Shown: positions 27,365-42,289 of the stretch, in pieces | Position numbering within the stretch: position 1 is the stretch's first letter | How the letters are laid out: each line of letters opens with the position of its first letter | Source of the DNA: the human T2T-CHM13v2.0 reference genome, Homo sapiens | Assembly (NCBI RefSeq): GCF_009914755.1 | Contig: NC_060937.1 | Strand: one strand, 5' to 3' | DNA: 64,000 nt | Program-made: the position numbers and the translations under genes | Notes under the pieces: generated by a model | What the model saw: only the letters and a program-made list of their open reading frames with translations | Told to the model about the DNA's origin: nothing | The model's database searches: none

Positions 27365-28774
27365 TTTTAACACTATAATGTTTTGCAAATTGGCAGGTGA
27401 ATAAACTTTCCCTTACCTAAAATATCACTGTCACTAAAATTTCTTCTAGGTATAAGATTCTATGATAAAATTTTATCATCAATCACTTACATTTAGTTAA
27501 TAAGCATAAAACAAAATTAAAATGTAATAGAAATGCATAAATCATCATCATCATCACTACCACCACGTAATTACCATAATCACATAAAGTTGAGTTTTAA
27601 AGTAAATTTCTACTTTTAACTTTCCCCACTAGCTTCCTTAAGCTAACATAAAGAAATGATCACTTCAACGGGCTTCTATATTGTTCAATGACTGGCTTAT
27701 AGTTGAAGCAAACTTTTGTAAATAGAACTTTATAAAATAGATAATGTGGAAATTCAGTGTCCACTAGCAAATTCTGAAAGAGAATGTTCTAATTATTTCA
27801 TATTAAGACTAACGTCATTTTAATTTATATCAATTATCTATTTGAACAACAACAAAATGATACCTCTCAACAAACATTAACTAAATTTCAAAAGCTAGTG
27901 GAACTATATAAAATATATCATGAATAAATACTACCATTCTCAGCTACATAATTTTCTGTAGCACAATGTTTTACACTGTTAGTTTAAGCCTTCTTTATCT
28001 TCCATAATTTGAGGTGTGAAATGTGGTATTTTGTGAACTGGTGACATTGTTTGCTGATCTTTATATTTAGGTATACATTGAAGACATAAATTGAAGTATG
28101 TGTGCATGAACTAATATTGAACAAATATATGATCCTCAGGAAGTAATTTTAAAATGACTTAAAATAAATTATATGCTACTGAAAAGCTATCATCATGTTA
28201 TTGAAGACAAGTTTCTTCAATATTTTACAACTTTCCAACAACCCAGTTGTATAACCTTTAGATTTGTATGTATACACATATATGTAGATACACTCCTAAA
28301 TTATTTACTCATGTGTCCTCTTACAATCTATTAGGTAATACATACCTATTAGATTTATATAGAAATGAAAGCCATAAGTGATTAAAAAATAAGCTGCTAT
28401 AAAATTCAGGACTGAGGCACCAGATAAGTTTTCAGGAATGAATATGACTTCCCTCACAATCCAAAGAGCACATTAAAACAGGTGTACAGCTGGTCATCAG
28501 TGACATTTAGTAGGAAAACAAAATATAACTAGAGGTAGGCTGAGGGAATTCTATATATATGAGCATAGATTATTCTGTTCATAGGTACTGGGAAAGCAAA
28601 ATATAACTTTGTTTAGAAGGAATATCAAGGCATATGGTAGAGCTCCAGAATTGTAGAAAAAGGGATATTGAACCAGTTCCTAGGCAGAAATTTGGATATG
28701 GAATTAAAATACAGTGACCCAACTATTAAAACTAGAGAATAAGGCAAAGGCTCAGCTATAGAAAAACTTTCTAG

Positions 28775-29900
28775 TTCACTCATTAATCAATTCAATTAAA
28801 ATATTATTTGAGAAATTACCAGGAATTTAGGTATTGAGTATATGAAGAGGAGAAGGATACTTATCCTCTCAAGAAAAAGAATATTTGGAGACAGACGTGA
28901 CAAATGCAGTGGGGTGTTTTGTGAATTGTAATTGAAGTCTTCCCAAATCACAACAGTTGACACAAAGTGGATGTTGGGTTTAACAGGAGCCACAGAGAAG
29001 TTCCTAGATATGCTAAATCTGTATGTGTGCATGGCTTGCAAAGCTTCTCTTAATGGTTATAATGAGAAATTTGTGGAGAACATTTAAAGAATGAAAAACA
29101 ACAATATGCATAAAAATGTGGAAGCAAGAAAAATCCTGGCACATTCTCAGGATGGAATAACATGATAAAGAAAGAAAACTATCTGGGAGAGAAGTGGCAG
29201 GGATTGAGTCTGGGAAGGATAGGGCGGTACTCAGATTGAGAAGCACTGACTGTACAGAAATAAAGCTGAAGTTTTCATCCGTGTGACGTGGTGGGTCCTG
29301 AAAGTTTCTGTATTTGTGGAGTAAAGGGAGTAGTCTCACATTTTAGAAAATCCATTTAGAGGCAGTAAATATTGGCCTGTTAGAAAGATTGGAAGAAGCA
29401 AGACAAATTAATGAAAATACTGAAATGCTCAAGGCCAGAGATGATGAGAAACTCAATAAATGTAGTGACTCAATGAAGAAAATGGATATTTAGAAATATT
29501 TTGGCATTTAGATAATAAGGCTTAGTTGACTCTCATAGGTGAGACAGAAGAGAGGGATCACACCTGGATTTCTGTGCCAGAGAATTTGTGGGTGGTTGCA
29601 TCATTCACTGCCTCAGCACTCTGCACTGAGGTGGAATTAGAAAATATTTCAGAAGGCAGTAAAGACTGACTTAAGAATTTCTGCGGTAGGTGTATTTGTG
29701 GAGTGCACCAAACATTAACTGAGAATCTGTATAGAATCAATGTAATATGCACATGAAAAATCTGAGGCTGGAAATGAAGAGTTACGATGCATAAAACTAG
29801 ACTAAGATAAAAAATAAAGAAACACACACTAAAAGACATCCTGCAGTGTCAATTTCTTGCAATTAGAGTTGTGAAGAATTTGCGTATGTAGGCTGACAAA
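28775..29900 (-). mobile_element. L2 fragments
   Basis: TTCACTCATTAATCAATTCAA tail, then an L2-like antisense body (GTAGGTGTATTTGTGGAGTGCACC...AGGCTGGAAATGAAGAG). Confidence 0.5.
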
Positions 29901-30261
29901 ACAACTCCTTGTCTGTCAGTGTTCTGGTTTTCATCATAAAACCTTTTAGCAGGTTCTGATTATTTACTTTCATGAAGAGTTAAAGTATAATGATTAGCCT
30001 ATGACTCATCTTGTTTGTTTCTCAACAAGATTTTTAGTTTTTCCAAGAACTGACTTACCATGGAAAATCAGGAAGCAGAAATTGGCATCCTTATTTGATC
30101 TCCTGGAAGGGAAGCCCAGACTCTGAAGGATAGTTTTTTGCAAATAGTGTAAGAAACTCATAGACAATCTCTACAGAAAATTCACTGAGAGCCATGACTG
30201 TAGTTTCTCTGTAAAATGCCAACTCTTTGCCATCCTCCCTTTGTGGTTCTGCTTTATTCAG

Positions 30262-30650
30262 CACCTTAGTCTATTTCTGTTGCTGTAACAGATTACCACA
30301 GACTAGATAGTTTATAAAGAACAGAGATTTATTGACACACAGTTCGGGAGACTAAGAAGTCTAAAACCACGAGGCATCTTGGAATGGCTTTCTCGTTGCT
30401 TCATTGCATGGTGAAAGGGCAAAGGCAAGGCAAGAGAGAGCAAGAGGGGTCCAAACCCCTTATAAGTCCTCTTACAAGAAACCTGCTCCCGGGAACAAAC
30501 CTACTCTTCTGATAATGGCATAAGTTCATTGACAAGGAAGGTGTCCCCATGACCCAAACACCTCTAGTTAGACCCCATCTCCCAACACCACCACATTGGA
30601 GATTGAGTTTCCAAGTCTTGAACTTTGGAGGACACATTCATATCATAGCA
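30262..30650 (-). mobile_element. MSTC/MSTD-like MaLR solo LTR
   Basis: TTAGTCTATTTCTGTTGCTGTAACAGATTACCACAGACTAG...CCCCATGACCCAAACACCTC...TTTGGAGGACACATTCATATCATAGCA. Confidence 0.8.
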
Positions 30651-30894
30651 TATAAAGAATTATAAATAATATCAATCAAATATGATAATTAGAATATTCA
30701 AGATTATGAGTGACAAGGTTTTAAAAGCATATGAATAATAAATTTATGTGAGATTGCAAGCCAAAACTATCTATTTTTGTTCTGTGAATGTATCAAACCA
30801 TAGATAATAAAAACTAGTAGTTTTTTCTAGGACATAGAAATCAATGACAGTAGGAAGAGTAGCTTCTACTTTCCAAGTGTGGAGATGATTTCTG

Positions 30895-30981
30895 AAGGCT
30901 ACTTTGCCATTGCATGATGAATATACACGTGCACACACACACACAAAGGCTACTTTGCCATTGCATGATGAATATACATGT

Positions 30982-31020
<39 letters not shown>
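30895..31020 (+). repeat. Tandem duplication (51-bp first unit) ending in a (CA)n microsatellite
   Basis: AAGGCTACTTTGCCATTGCATGATGAATATACAYGTG(CA)n occurs twice, with (CA)7 then (CA)19. Confidence 0.95.
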
Positions 31021-31023
<3 letters not shown>

Positions 31024-32892
31024 ATTTTGGATTATCTGAAAATTACCTGACAGAAAAGAAAACAAGGAGATTAAAAAATTAGGCATGAAAATTATAGGAT
31101 AATATTTGGTTAAGAAAAACTTGTCAAAACCTACTAGGAAGGTAAGAATGAAACAACTAAGAGGTTATGTAAGTGTGGAATTGGGAAGAAATTTTGAGGG
31201 AACTCAATTTTAATACCTAGTAAAAGAGAATAGCAATTGTCTCCTGTTTAATTCCTATAAAAGATAAAAGATATTAGATGGGAGAGGAAGTCAAGTTTAT
31301 ACTCTCACAGACCTTCTAGAAAGATCAATTTCAATCAAAGCATCATAGTTCTTACTCTGAAAAGCCAGAAATAGTAAAAGGAAACAAAACAACTAAATAC
31401 ACAAAAGATTCTATATTGTTAGTGGTAAAGTATCTTACAAAGACATTGTTATTTTTGAAGCATAAGCAGGAGGAACCCAATTCAATTAATCAAGTTTCTC
31501 ATTTGCACATTGTAAAGCAACCTGTACCCTCTATTCTTCGTCAGAAGTTTCTCTGAATACATTTGAACTGGTTCAAAGGAGAAATGCCTGCACACTGGGT
31601 GGCTAAAACCTCCAAAACAGCGCTGCGCTTCTAGTGAGCATCATTTTGATTTTGTTTATTTGCATCTGTTGTAATACCAAAAGTTCCTCAAATTGAACTT
31701 GATTTGTTTGTTTAATTTCTTCTCTCAGCTTTAATGCTGTCACTTTGGTTACTTCTGGTTTGAATCATTTTTCTTTTACTTTTAAAATTTATCCTTTCAC
31801 AAATAACCTTAACTGACATCTGAACAATTTTTGCTTTAGCCCTTATTCTTTGCTTGATCAAGCTCAGGGAATCTTTAGTTTTATTCACCTCTACCACAAA
31901 TTATAAGTCCTAATTTATAGCATGTTGCATAGGAACTGGTAGCATTTCACCTGGACGAGAAAGGATAACTTAACTTAGGTTGGATCTCACTATAAGCTAC
32001 TTTTGTTTTGTCTCCCAACTTCTCTTAAGCCAATGCCGAAATACTCAACAGTTCTGAAGAATGTCTCTAGATATACTGCTGGAATTATTATTATGCATGA
32101 CATGGTGAAAACTATTAGGGCATAAAACAATACTTTATATACTTCCCTTTTTTTAAGTTAGCCTGTTCCTCTTTTTTTTTTTTTTTTTTCTGGAATCCAG
32201 CCGAAGAGGTAGACAGAGAATTGGGTTAGGACTTATATAAGACTAAAGCTCCCTTAGAGCAGTGAAACACATGATTGAAATGTGACAAAGTTTTAGAAAC
32301 ACTCGCACTTTAAGAGGTGTCTAACCACTAGAGTACAACAGTTATAACATGGGGCCTAGAATCAATAGAGTAAAATGCAGCACCTTCTCTCTCCCACCTC
32401 AAAACATTATTGAAATAAATCAACAGCTACTCTTAATGAAAAGAGTTTTTGATGATTTTCTTGAGATTATCTTCTCTTAATATGTGTAATAAATAGTTTC
32501 CATAATCTCATAATCCATGTATCTTGGTAGAGGTACTGTTAATACCTTGGATATAAGTCTTAGCTCTTATCCTTGGTATAACAATATTTTCCCACGAAAG
32601 CAATTTTAGAGATTGCACTGTTATAGTTATGCATATTAGATTAGCATTGAGAAAAGTAGTTCTTAATGTAAATTTAATACGAACCAGCTAAAGACCAAAT
32701 TTTATTTTTACTGTAGTCAAGCTGATTATCTTATTTGGATATTATTTCAAGCTTTGTTTCTCTGCAGGAAAGAATTAATATGATTAGCCAAAGGTGTGGG
32801 CTGTTTCTGAATAAATACCTACACTCCTATTTGTTCTACCTACAATGCCCTGAGTCTTGTCTATCTTTTGTGATTTTTTTCCTTAAGAATCA

Positions 32893-33084
32893 GACACTCT
32901 CATATATATATATATATATACATTATATATATAGTATATATATGACACTCTCATATATGTCATATATATGACACTCTCATATATATACATTATATATACA
33001 TTATATATATTCCTATATATTATATTATATATAATATATTTATATATAATATATATAATAATAGCTATATATATAGCTATTATT
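32893..33084. repeat. TA-rich low-complexity region with triplicated GACACTCTCATATAT
   Basis: Motif starts at 32893, 32944 and 32970, embedded in (TA)n. Confidence 0.85.
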
Positions 33085-33120
33085 TTGCCCCAAAACTCTC
33101 TTCTACCACATAGCTAATCT

Positions 33121-34878
33121 GTATATATACATATTATATAAAATATAATATATACATATTATATAAAATATAATATATACATATTATATAAAATATAATA
33201 TATACATATTATATAAAATATAATATATACATATTATATAAAATATAATATATACATATTATATAAAATATAATATATACATATTATATAAAATATAATA
33301 TATACATATTATATAAAATATAATATATACATATTATATAAAATATAATATATACATATTATATAAAATATAATATATACATATTATATAAAATATAATA
33401 TATACATAATATATAAAATATAATATATACATAATATATAAAATATAATATATACATAATATATAAAATATAATATATACATATTATATAAAATATAATA
33501 TATACATATTATATAAAATATAATATATACATATTATATAAAATATAATATATACATATTATATATAATATAATATATACATATTATATATAATATAATA
33601 TATACATATTATATATAATATAATATATACATATTATATATAATATAATTATACATAATATAATATATACATATTATATATAATATAATATATACATATT
33701 ATATATAATATAATATATACATATTATATATAATATAATATATACATATTATATATAATATAATATATACATATTATATATAATATAATATATACATATT
33801 ATATATAATATAATATATACATATTATATATAATATAATATATACATATTATATATAATATAATATATACATATTATATATAATATAATATATACATATT
33901 ATATATAATATAATATATACATATGATATATAAAATAATATATACATATGATATATAATATAATATATACATATTATATATAATATATACATATTATATA
34001 TAATATAATATATACATATTATATATAATATATACATATTATATATAATATAATATATAATATTATATATAATATAATTATACATATTATATATAATATA
34101 ATTATACATATTATATATAATATAATTATACATATTATATATAATATAATTATACATATTATATATAATATAATTATACATATTATATATAATATAATTA
34201 TACATATTATATATAATATAATTATACATAATATAATTATACATATTATATATAATATAATTATACATATTATATATAATATGTATATACATATTATATA
34301 TAATATTATATACATATTATATATAATATGTATATACATATTATATATAATATGTATATACATATTATATATAATATTATATACATATTATATATAATAT
34401 ATATACATATTATATTAATATATGTATTATATATAATATAAACATATTATATATAATATAATATAAACATATTATATATAATATAATATAAACATATTAT
34501 ATATAATATATACATATTATATATAATATAATATAAACATATTATATATAATATATACATATTATATATAATATAATGTATACATATTATATATATGTAT
34601 ACATATTATATTATATATAATATGTATACATATTATATATAATATGTATACATTATATTATATATAATATGTATACATATTATATTATATATAATATGTA
34701 TACATATTATATTATATATAATATGTATACATATTATATATAATATAATGTATACATATTATATATATATTATGTATACATATTATATATAATATAATAT
34801 GTATACATATTATATATAATATACTAGATACACACATATAATATATAATATTTTTATATATAATATATATATATATAA
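33121..34878. repeat. AT-rich minisatellite (25-bp then 24-bp units)
   Basis: Unit TATACATATTATATAAAATATAATA changes to TATACATATTATATATAATATAATA, then to a 24-mer (YNMYNYII periodicity in the ORF track), then degenerates. Confidence 0.97.
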
Positions 34879-35554
34879 CTCCCCTAGTTGAGATTATAAA
34901 AACAGAAAAGCATGGCTATGGGCATCTCTTATAATTTCTAAGGGGTCAATGTGACCCATTAGAATTGCCCCCACAACCACTGATCTCTGCCATTCTGGAC
35001 ACATAAATGCAAGGAAATCTAGGTTATGCAATTGATGCTGTCACAGTCTTGTAGGGTTTAAAGAATGTAATGAATTAAAATATCTCCCAGAAATCGTTCA
35101 TGTTAAACTAGGTTGTCTGACCATGAATTTCAGAAAACTATTGTATTAAAGGATTATACTTCTGAGAGTTTATAATATCCACATAGCTCAGAACAAATAC
35201 TCAAGTAATATAGACTGTGGTGGGATATTTCTAATGAAATCAACTTTTATATATGAGACAGGGAAATGCAAATTTATCCATCAATGTTTCTCACTGGAGA
35301 CATCTAGTAACATATCAGATTCTATCTTTTTCCTTTTCCCACTAACCACTGGCCCTGCAGAGGTGAATATTCTCCTATGTTACATGTTCTTCCTTTCATA
35401 AATAATATGACCTTCCTGTTTTCCCATTTTTCTGAACTATAATTTTAGATGGAATGCAGAGATATTCATTTTAGCTTATAGATTCACATAATTATTGAAA
35501 TATTTTTTAAATAGTATACGTTTATATTATCAAGAAAATATATGACTGTGCCAA

Positions 35555-36050
35555 AGCATATCTAGTATCTGATCATTTCTTACCATTTGCACTACCACCA
35601 TCCTGGTCCAGGCCACTGCCACCTTAAGCTTGGATTATTGTAAGAGTGTTAACCACTCATCCCTCAGGGTCTTTGTACTGGCTGTTACTTTGCCCTGAAA
35701 CTCTCTTCTCCCAGATAGCTAATCTATCTGTCTCTCTCATTCACTTTCTTTGGGTCTCTGTTCACATATTGCCTTAAAGAAGAATTCTCCCTTGACAACC
35801 CTAAATAAAACAGCACATGCCCCAACCTGCCCCAGACTATATCTTTACTCACCCATGGCTATATATTTTTCTCCATAATACTTAATGAGACTTATGTCTT
35901 AGTTCATTATCTGATTGTATTGCTAGACTTCAGGGAAGAATTCTGTTCATATTATTTATGTACATTACTATGGTACATAGAATGATGACTGGCATATAAT
36001 AGATAAATAAATCAAGATAAATAAATAAATACAATTTGTTAAATGAATGG
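35555..36050 (+). mobile_element. L2a 3' fragment
   Basis: CACTACCACCATCCTGGTCCAGGCCAC...CAGGGTCTTTGTACTGGCTGTT...TGGCATATAATAG...TTTGTTAAATGAATG. Confidence 0.7.
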
Positions 36051-38656
36051 CTAGGATCATTGCTTGATAATATAATTTTGTAACTATTAGATTAATAGCC
36101 ATTTTTAAAACTGGTAGGTGAGGTAAGGCCACTTCTTCACTTCTATAAACTTTAAATAACTGACTTAATCCCTGTACATCAGAATTATTTGAAGAATAGA
36201 AACCCAAATATATATTGATGTGAAGTAATTTTAAAAAGTATTCCCACAAATTAATACATATTACTATTATCCATAAATACTGTCTCCAGAATATTCAGTA
36301 AACTGCCATAGTGTCATACCAAGCAGTGGCTCAGCAGTAGATGATCACTTCCTCAATGCCTATTTTCAGTATGATAAAAATGTATTTCTTAGCCCTGCAT
36401 TACAAATAGACCTTAATTAGGAAAAATAAAAAAAGGAACATTCAAGAATATCTACTTATTCCCCTGAAAAGCCATGTGGCTTTTAAGGTTAGCCCAACAC
36501 CTGTGGCATCTGTGACAAAGAGCCAGTGCAGAGGACTGCACTGAAAGTAGGAGAAAGAATAGTGATAACTAAGATGCAAGGGAAACTTATTATTGAATAC
36601 ATTGTATCATACCCTTGAGATGAAAGGAGAGGTTAGAGAAAAGATGAATATAGATTTGGAGAAGAAAAAAAAGCAAATAAACACACAGCTCTGGAACACT
36701 GAAGTCTAAGGGACCTATGAAAGAGATTCACAGCCTCAAAGTCACAGAAACATTTGAGATGTAAGAGCTTCTTAGGACATCAAAATGATAAAGGAAAAAT
36801 CTTGAAAATATGGCAAGTTGAACAACTCATATACCAAAATTGAAAGAAGAATTTCAAAAATATAAATAGGAAAGTTACCAGGTTTTTAAGAGACATAACT
36901 ATTATGACCAGAAAACATATTTCATATACTTAATAAAGCATATTTCTTTGTTTAAAATAATTTGAAGAGCAATTTTCAACAGTGTTTTTGAAAAAGGGAT
37001 ATTTCACCAACTTCCATATGCTAAATGGTCAATAATTTCATCATATTTAATACAAATTTTAAATATCATTTTAGAAGACCATTTTTATTGAGGGAAAAAA
37101 TCTCAAGAAGAGCTAATTATTATACTTATCTCTAATGACAGATCAATTTTTCTCCCTCTGTTACCATATAATAATCTTGATTGTACTATACACCATCATA
37201 TTAGAAAATTTGGGCTGTAAAAGTGTTGCACATTTCACAGCAATATATTTTCAACAATTATTTTATGTTCTTGTATGAAACAGAAATCATCTTTTAAGAA
37301 CACACAGTATTTTTGAGAAAAGAAATAATAATTCTCAACCTGGTTTACAGGATGTAAACATTATTTATATATCCAAGACCAACTTTAAGAAAAGTACCAA
37401 GAGAACTGAACTTTGCTTTGAAACAAAGGGATTGCTGAGAAGTACTTTGCAGAACATGTTTCATTCATCATCTTCTTGAGAGATATTTTGACATGAACTT
37501 TAATTTGAGACATCAGTTACCATCTCTAAAGAACCTCACAAAGCTTATTTTCTACCATTTGTTTTTTTTCAGTTGTCGGACTAATCCAATTGTCAGGAAT
37601 GGAACTGATACAAAGTGCTTTTATGATCCGCAATTTCAGAAATAATCCTCATCCACCCAACTCAAATATGCACATAGGTCTCTCTTACTTGCTTAGAAAA
37701 ATATATTTTTTATTAATTTAAAAGTTAGGCTAACTTTTTTTAGTGAACACAGAATGAATACAATAACCCTTAGCTATTTCAGGCAACACAGAGAATATGA
37801 CAGATGATATTTTCTAAGATATGACTGAAAAGGGAAAATGGAAATAGTTTATATTTAAGACCAAGAATGTTATTTAAAAGAATTGAAAACAGGCCACATT
37901 TTTTGACTTTGAAAAATGTAAAATAAGATTAATTCTAATAAAAATGATGTTGTGTTATATTACAGAATAAATTACAATTCATAGATTGAAAGGAGATAAA
38001 GCATGGATTATTAAGGAAATGAATACAGGTTTTTGTTGACAAAATCCAACAGATATTTGGAGTTTTAATTAGCAGTAAGAGAATTCTAGGTTTGTCAAAC
38101 AACACACAGTGATTTCAAGAGGAAGTTGGTATAAGCTAATTTTATATGGATGGAAACAGATCTAAATTTATTTTGAAAGATCGTACATGCACTATGTTCC
38201 CCCAAGTGAGGCTGATATTTAGATACTGTGAGGTAATTTTTATTGTAAACACATATAAAATAAATAAAAATAGTCTTATATTTAATTGCTCTCTGGGAAT
38301 TCTCCAATGGTACGGAAAATCGCTATATTCCTGAAATGATGTTATATAATATCCAACTACACAGTTACCTGAATGTGTTAATAATAATTGATGAATGGCC
38401 AATATGTCATGATGGTCAATATTGTTCTCAAATTTTCATAGTGGTGTCCCATTTCTTGAGCATATCAATATAACCCATTCAAGCGGAAAATAATCTATCA
38501 TCAGCAAGAATTTCTATTGAATATTTCCTTAAAATTCCTACAGCAAGATGCAGATACCCCAGAATAAATTAAAAGAAGTGATATGAAACATTTTTTATCA
38601 CACCTTCATCACCAGAAGCATTACTAAATGCCTATTTACACACATGGAAATAAAAC

Positions 38657-38985
38657 ATTTTAATTTTATTTCAGTAGTTTTGGGGAAACGTGGTTTTGGT
38701 TACAAGTTCCTTATTGGTGATTTCTTAGATTTTAGTGCACCTGTCACCCCAGTAGTTTACATTGTACCCAATGGGTAGTCTTTTATCCCTCACCCCACTC
38801 CCACTCTTTCCCCCAAGACCCCAAAGTCTACCCCATGTCATTCTTATGCCTTTGCATCCTCATAGCTTAGCTCCCACTTATAAGTGAGAAGATACAATAT
38901 TTTATTTTCCATTCTTGAGTAACTTCACTTAGAATAATGGTCTCCAACTCCATCCAGGCTGCTGTGAGTGCCATTATTCCATTCA
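38657..38985 (-). mobile_element. L1PB1-like 3' end
   Basis: TAGTTTTGGGGAAAC...TTCTTATGCCTTTGCATCCTCATAGCTTAGCTCCCACTTATAAGTGAGAA. Possible TSD AAATAAAACATTTT / AAATATAGAATTTT. Confidence 0.85.
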
Positions 38986-39154
38986 TAAATATAGAATTTT
39001 GAATTTCTATTTCTTGATACACTAACAGCAACATGACAGAAAACTAGAAAAAGCATTGGGTTATCAATTATAAGATTTAAAGTCTACTAATGTTCTTCTA
39101 ACAAGTACTTTCAGTTCTGGTAAATCATTTAATCATTTTGGAAAGCCTATACAT

Positions 39155-39738
<584 letters not shown>

Positions 39739-40016
39739 TGACTATAAATGAATTGGCTAATTTTATTACATTTCTTTATTATTTTATGAACTCCTGATTC
39801 TCTTACCAGATAGTTTTATCACATGTATAGGTCACTAAATAACTGTTAAACAATAATATCATTTACAAATGTGAAGTGCTCACATTTAGCTAAATGAAAT
39901 GATTAAATGCATTTTATGCAGTACCAAGAGTCACATTTAACAAAATAGTTGTAGTTTTTTTCCTAATATTGGTTCTTGTGTATGTTTTGTTGATAAACAA
40001 ACATTAAAAAGACAAT

Positions 40017-40190
40017 ACAGAGTAGAGATTAAGAGTATGGACTCTGGAGCTGGAACAATAATGTTTGAATCTCACACCTAATACTTACTAGCTCTGTCTT
40101 CTTGTGGAAATTACTTAACCTTGATTCTTAGAGTTTTCTCATCAGAGAAAAGGAAATAATAAGAGTACTTATCTCACAGTGTTGCTGTAA
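40017..40190 (+). mobile_element. MIR SINE
   Basis: TTAAGAGTATGGACTCTGGAGC...ACTTACTAGCT...TTACTTAACC...AATAATAAGAGTACTTATCTCACAG. Confidence 0.8.
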
Positions 40191-40783
40191 ATAATAATAG
40201 AGCCAGTTGAAGTTGGTGCTAGCTATTGGTTTTATCATTCCTTCCATTTTCCCATATTAACTTTTTTTCACTTTAGGTTTTGTTTTACAATGTTTTCATA
40301 TTCAAGAACAAACTGAAGTTCAAGATGGATCTCAGAGGTCTTCAGGGTCAAAACTAATTTCATCATCACCACCATTATATTTATGTTGTTTGTGTTAAGA
40401 TACAATGTGTTCACCACATTTACCTCTTAAAAGTTACTTTAAAAAACAAGATGGTGTTAGTCTTAAATAATTATGCATTTGAAGAAAATTTTCAATGTGC
40501 TTTCACAGAGGTAGAGTAATGCATATTTAGTTTTTGTTGTTGTTCTATTATAGAAAGCCTAGATTATAAAATTGTGTGTGTGAATTTTAAAATGTCTAAT
40601 TTTTTAATATAAGCTCCATTTATTTTACTTTATTTTCCCTCCATGATATTTAGAGAATGCTGTGCAAACAGTAATCACACTGTGATTACTAATCACTTTT
40701 ATTGTATTTCATTCAGTTCAGTTGAATTAAACTTTCTATATACAGTAGCTGAGAATTGGATTTATGTGTTTTGACAAACATGG

Positions 40784-41149
40784 TGTATTAGTCTGTTCTC
40801 ACACTGCTATGAAGAAATACTCAAGACTGAGTAATTTATAAAGGAAAGAGTTTTAATTAACTCACAATTCCACGTGGCTGGGGAGGCCTCAGGAAACTTA
40901 CAATCGTGGCAGTTGGCAAAGAAGAGGCAGGCACCTCTTTACAGGGTGGCAGGACGAAGTGAGTGCAAACCTGGGAAATGCCAGACCCTTATAAAACCAT
41001 CAGATCTCATGATATTCACTCACTATCACAAAGACAGCATGGGGAGAACTGCCCCCATGATTAATTACCTCCTCCTGGTCCCACCATTGACATGTGGGGA
41101 TTACAATTCAAGATGAGACTTTGGGTGGGGATGGAGCCAAACCATATCA
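40784..41149 (-). mobile_element. THE1D/MSTA-like MaLR solo LTR
   Basis: TGTATTAGTCTGTTCTCACACTGCTATG...GCCAAACCATATCA. Perfect TSD CATGG. Confidence 0.92.
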
Positions 41150-42289
41150 CATGGCTATACAGTGATCCTGAAATTGTCTAAGTTAGCTAGATAGATTGAA
41201 TGATACAAAATAATCTAATCTAAGAGTTACTTAGCTCACCCACACAGCCTCAACAAACCAGATAGGAAAGGCAGGAACCAGTTTAATTCAATGGATTTGA
41301 CCAAAAGGAATGTAGTGGTAAACACTGCCATTATTTTCCTTGTATTATTGGGATAAGATTCTCTTAATTCCTTGAACATATCTGGCTGGTAATGGATGCA
41401 GTAGTAATAAATTGTTTGGGACCATGACAACTGTATTGTGGCTGCCCTGTTTTAGCTATCTGCTCAAGGGAGAAACTGAGTAACTGACCTGAGTCTTAAA
41501 GAATTATATAAAAAAGCCTTATCTTATTCACAGGAGCCTCTCCCTCCCTGTTTTTTCCAAATGTCTACTACAGGGAACCACTTTACTGATCAAAAGTTTT
41601 GCTATTTTTATATATGTTCTGAACTAAAAAATAGCTAACAATTGTGCCTATTGTTTTGTAAATCTTGAAATGGCTGTATAAGTTATGGGAAAGCATGCAT
41701 AAAAATAAAGATGTCAAATATTAAACTGCCCCATTAGCTCTCTTCCTGTACCTGAAGATAGGACACATCATCACTAATTATCATTTAGAAACGTGGTCTC
41801 CCTAAGATACCCAATCTTGATTTATGAACACTATGTCAAAACTGATTCTATGTGTTATTCATATTTTAATGTCAATATGAATATACTTAGCTATGCCTTA
41901 ATTGATAAAGACATGATCTGGTCTGAGAAAATGACATGATAAAGGACTATGGACACACCATCTATTTAGAATCTCAAAAAAACACTTTTATTTTAAGAGT
42001 AATCATTTCCTTGATCATCCATTTCCTGGGAGGGTTCTTCAATTGAGAACATGTGAGATTATTTTAGGTTGACAGCTCTCCAGTGGCAGCTTACTTAAAC
42101 CAGTAATAAGCTCATTAAATCTAAAGATTTCATAGAAACTGTGATAAGAGACACAATCAACTTAAGGGCTTTTCAGGGAAAAAAATCATAAAAGTCTACT
42201 TTAGAACAACTGAATAAGAGCTATTTGATTGCCACCCTTCCAAGTACCACCATTCATTGATAGATAATGAATACCAGAAACTCACCAGG

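Noticed and set aside
33849-34363. 147-aa and 114-aa repetitive ORFs (YNMYNYII...)
   Set aside because: Translations of the AT minisatellite.
33121-34878. PATRR-type long palindrome
   Set aside because: C residues stay mostly on one strand across the array, indicating direct repeats. No central symmetry axis seen.
40670-40690. Inverted repeat AGTAATCACA-C-TGTGATTACT
   Set aside because: 10-bp arms are only marginally beyond chance and have no supporting context.
41420-42074. Possible old ERV1 LTR ending TTTTAGGTTGACA
   Set aside because: Only the 3' terminus is suggestive. I could not confidently identify the family or the 5' boundary.
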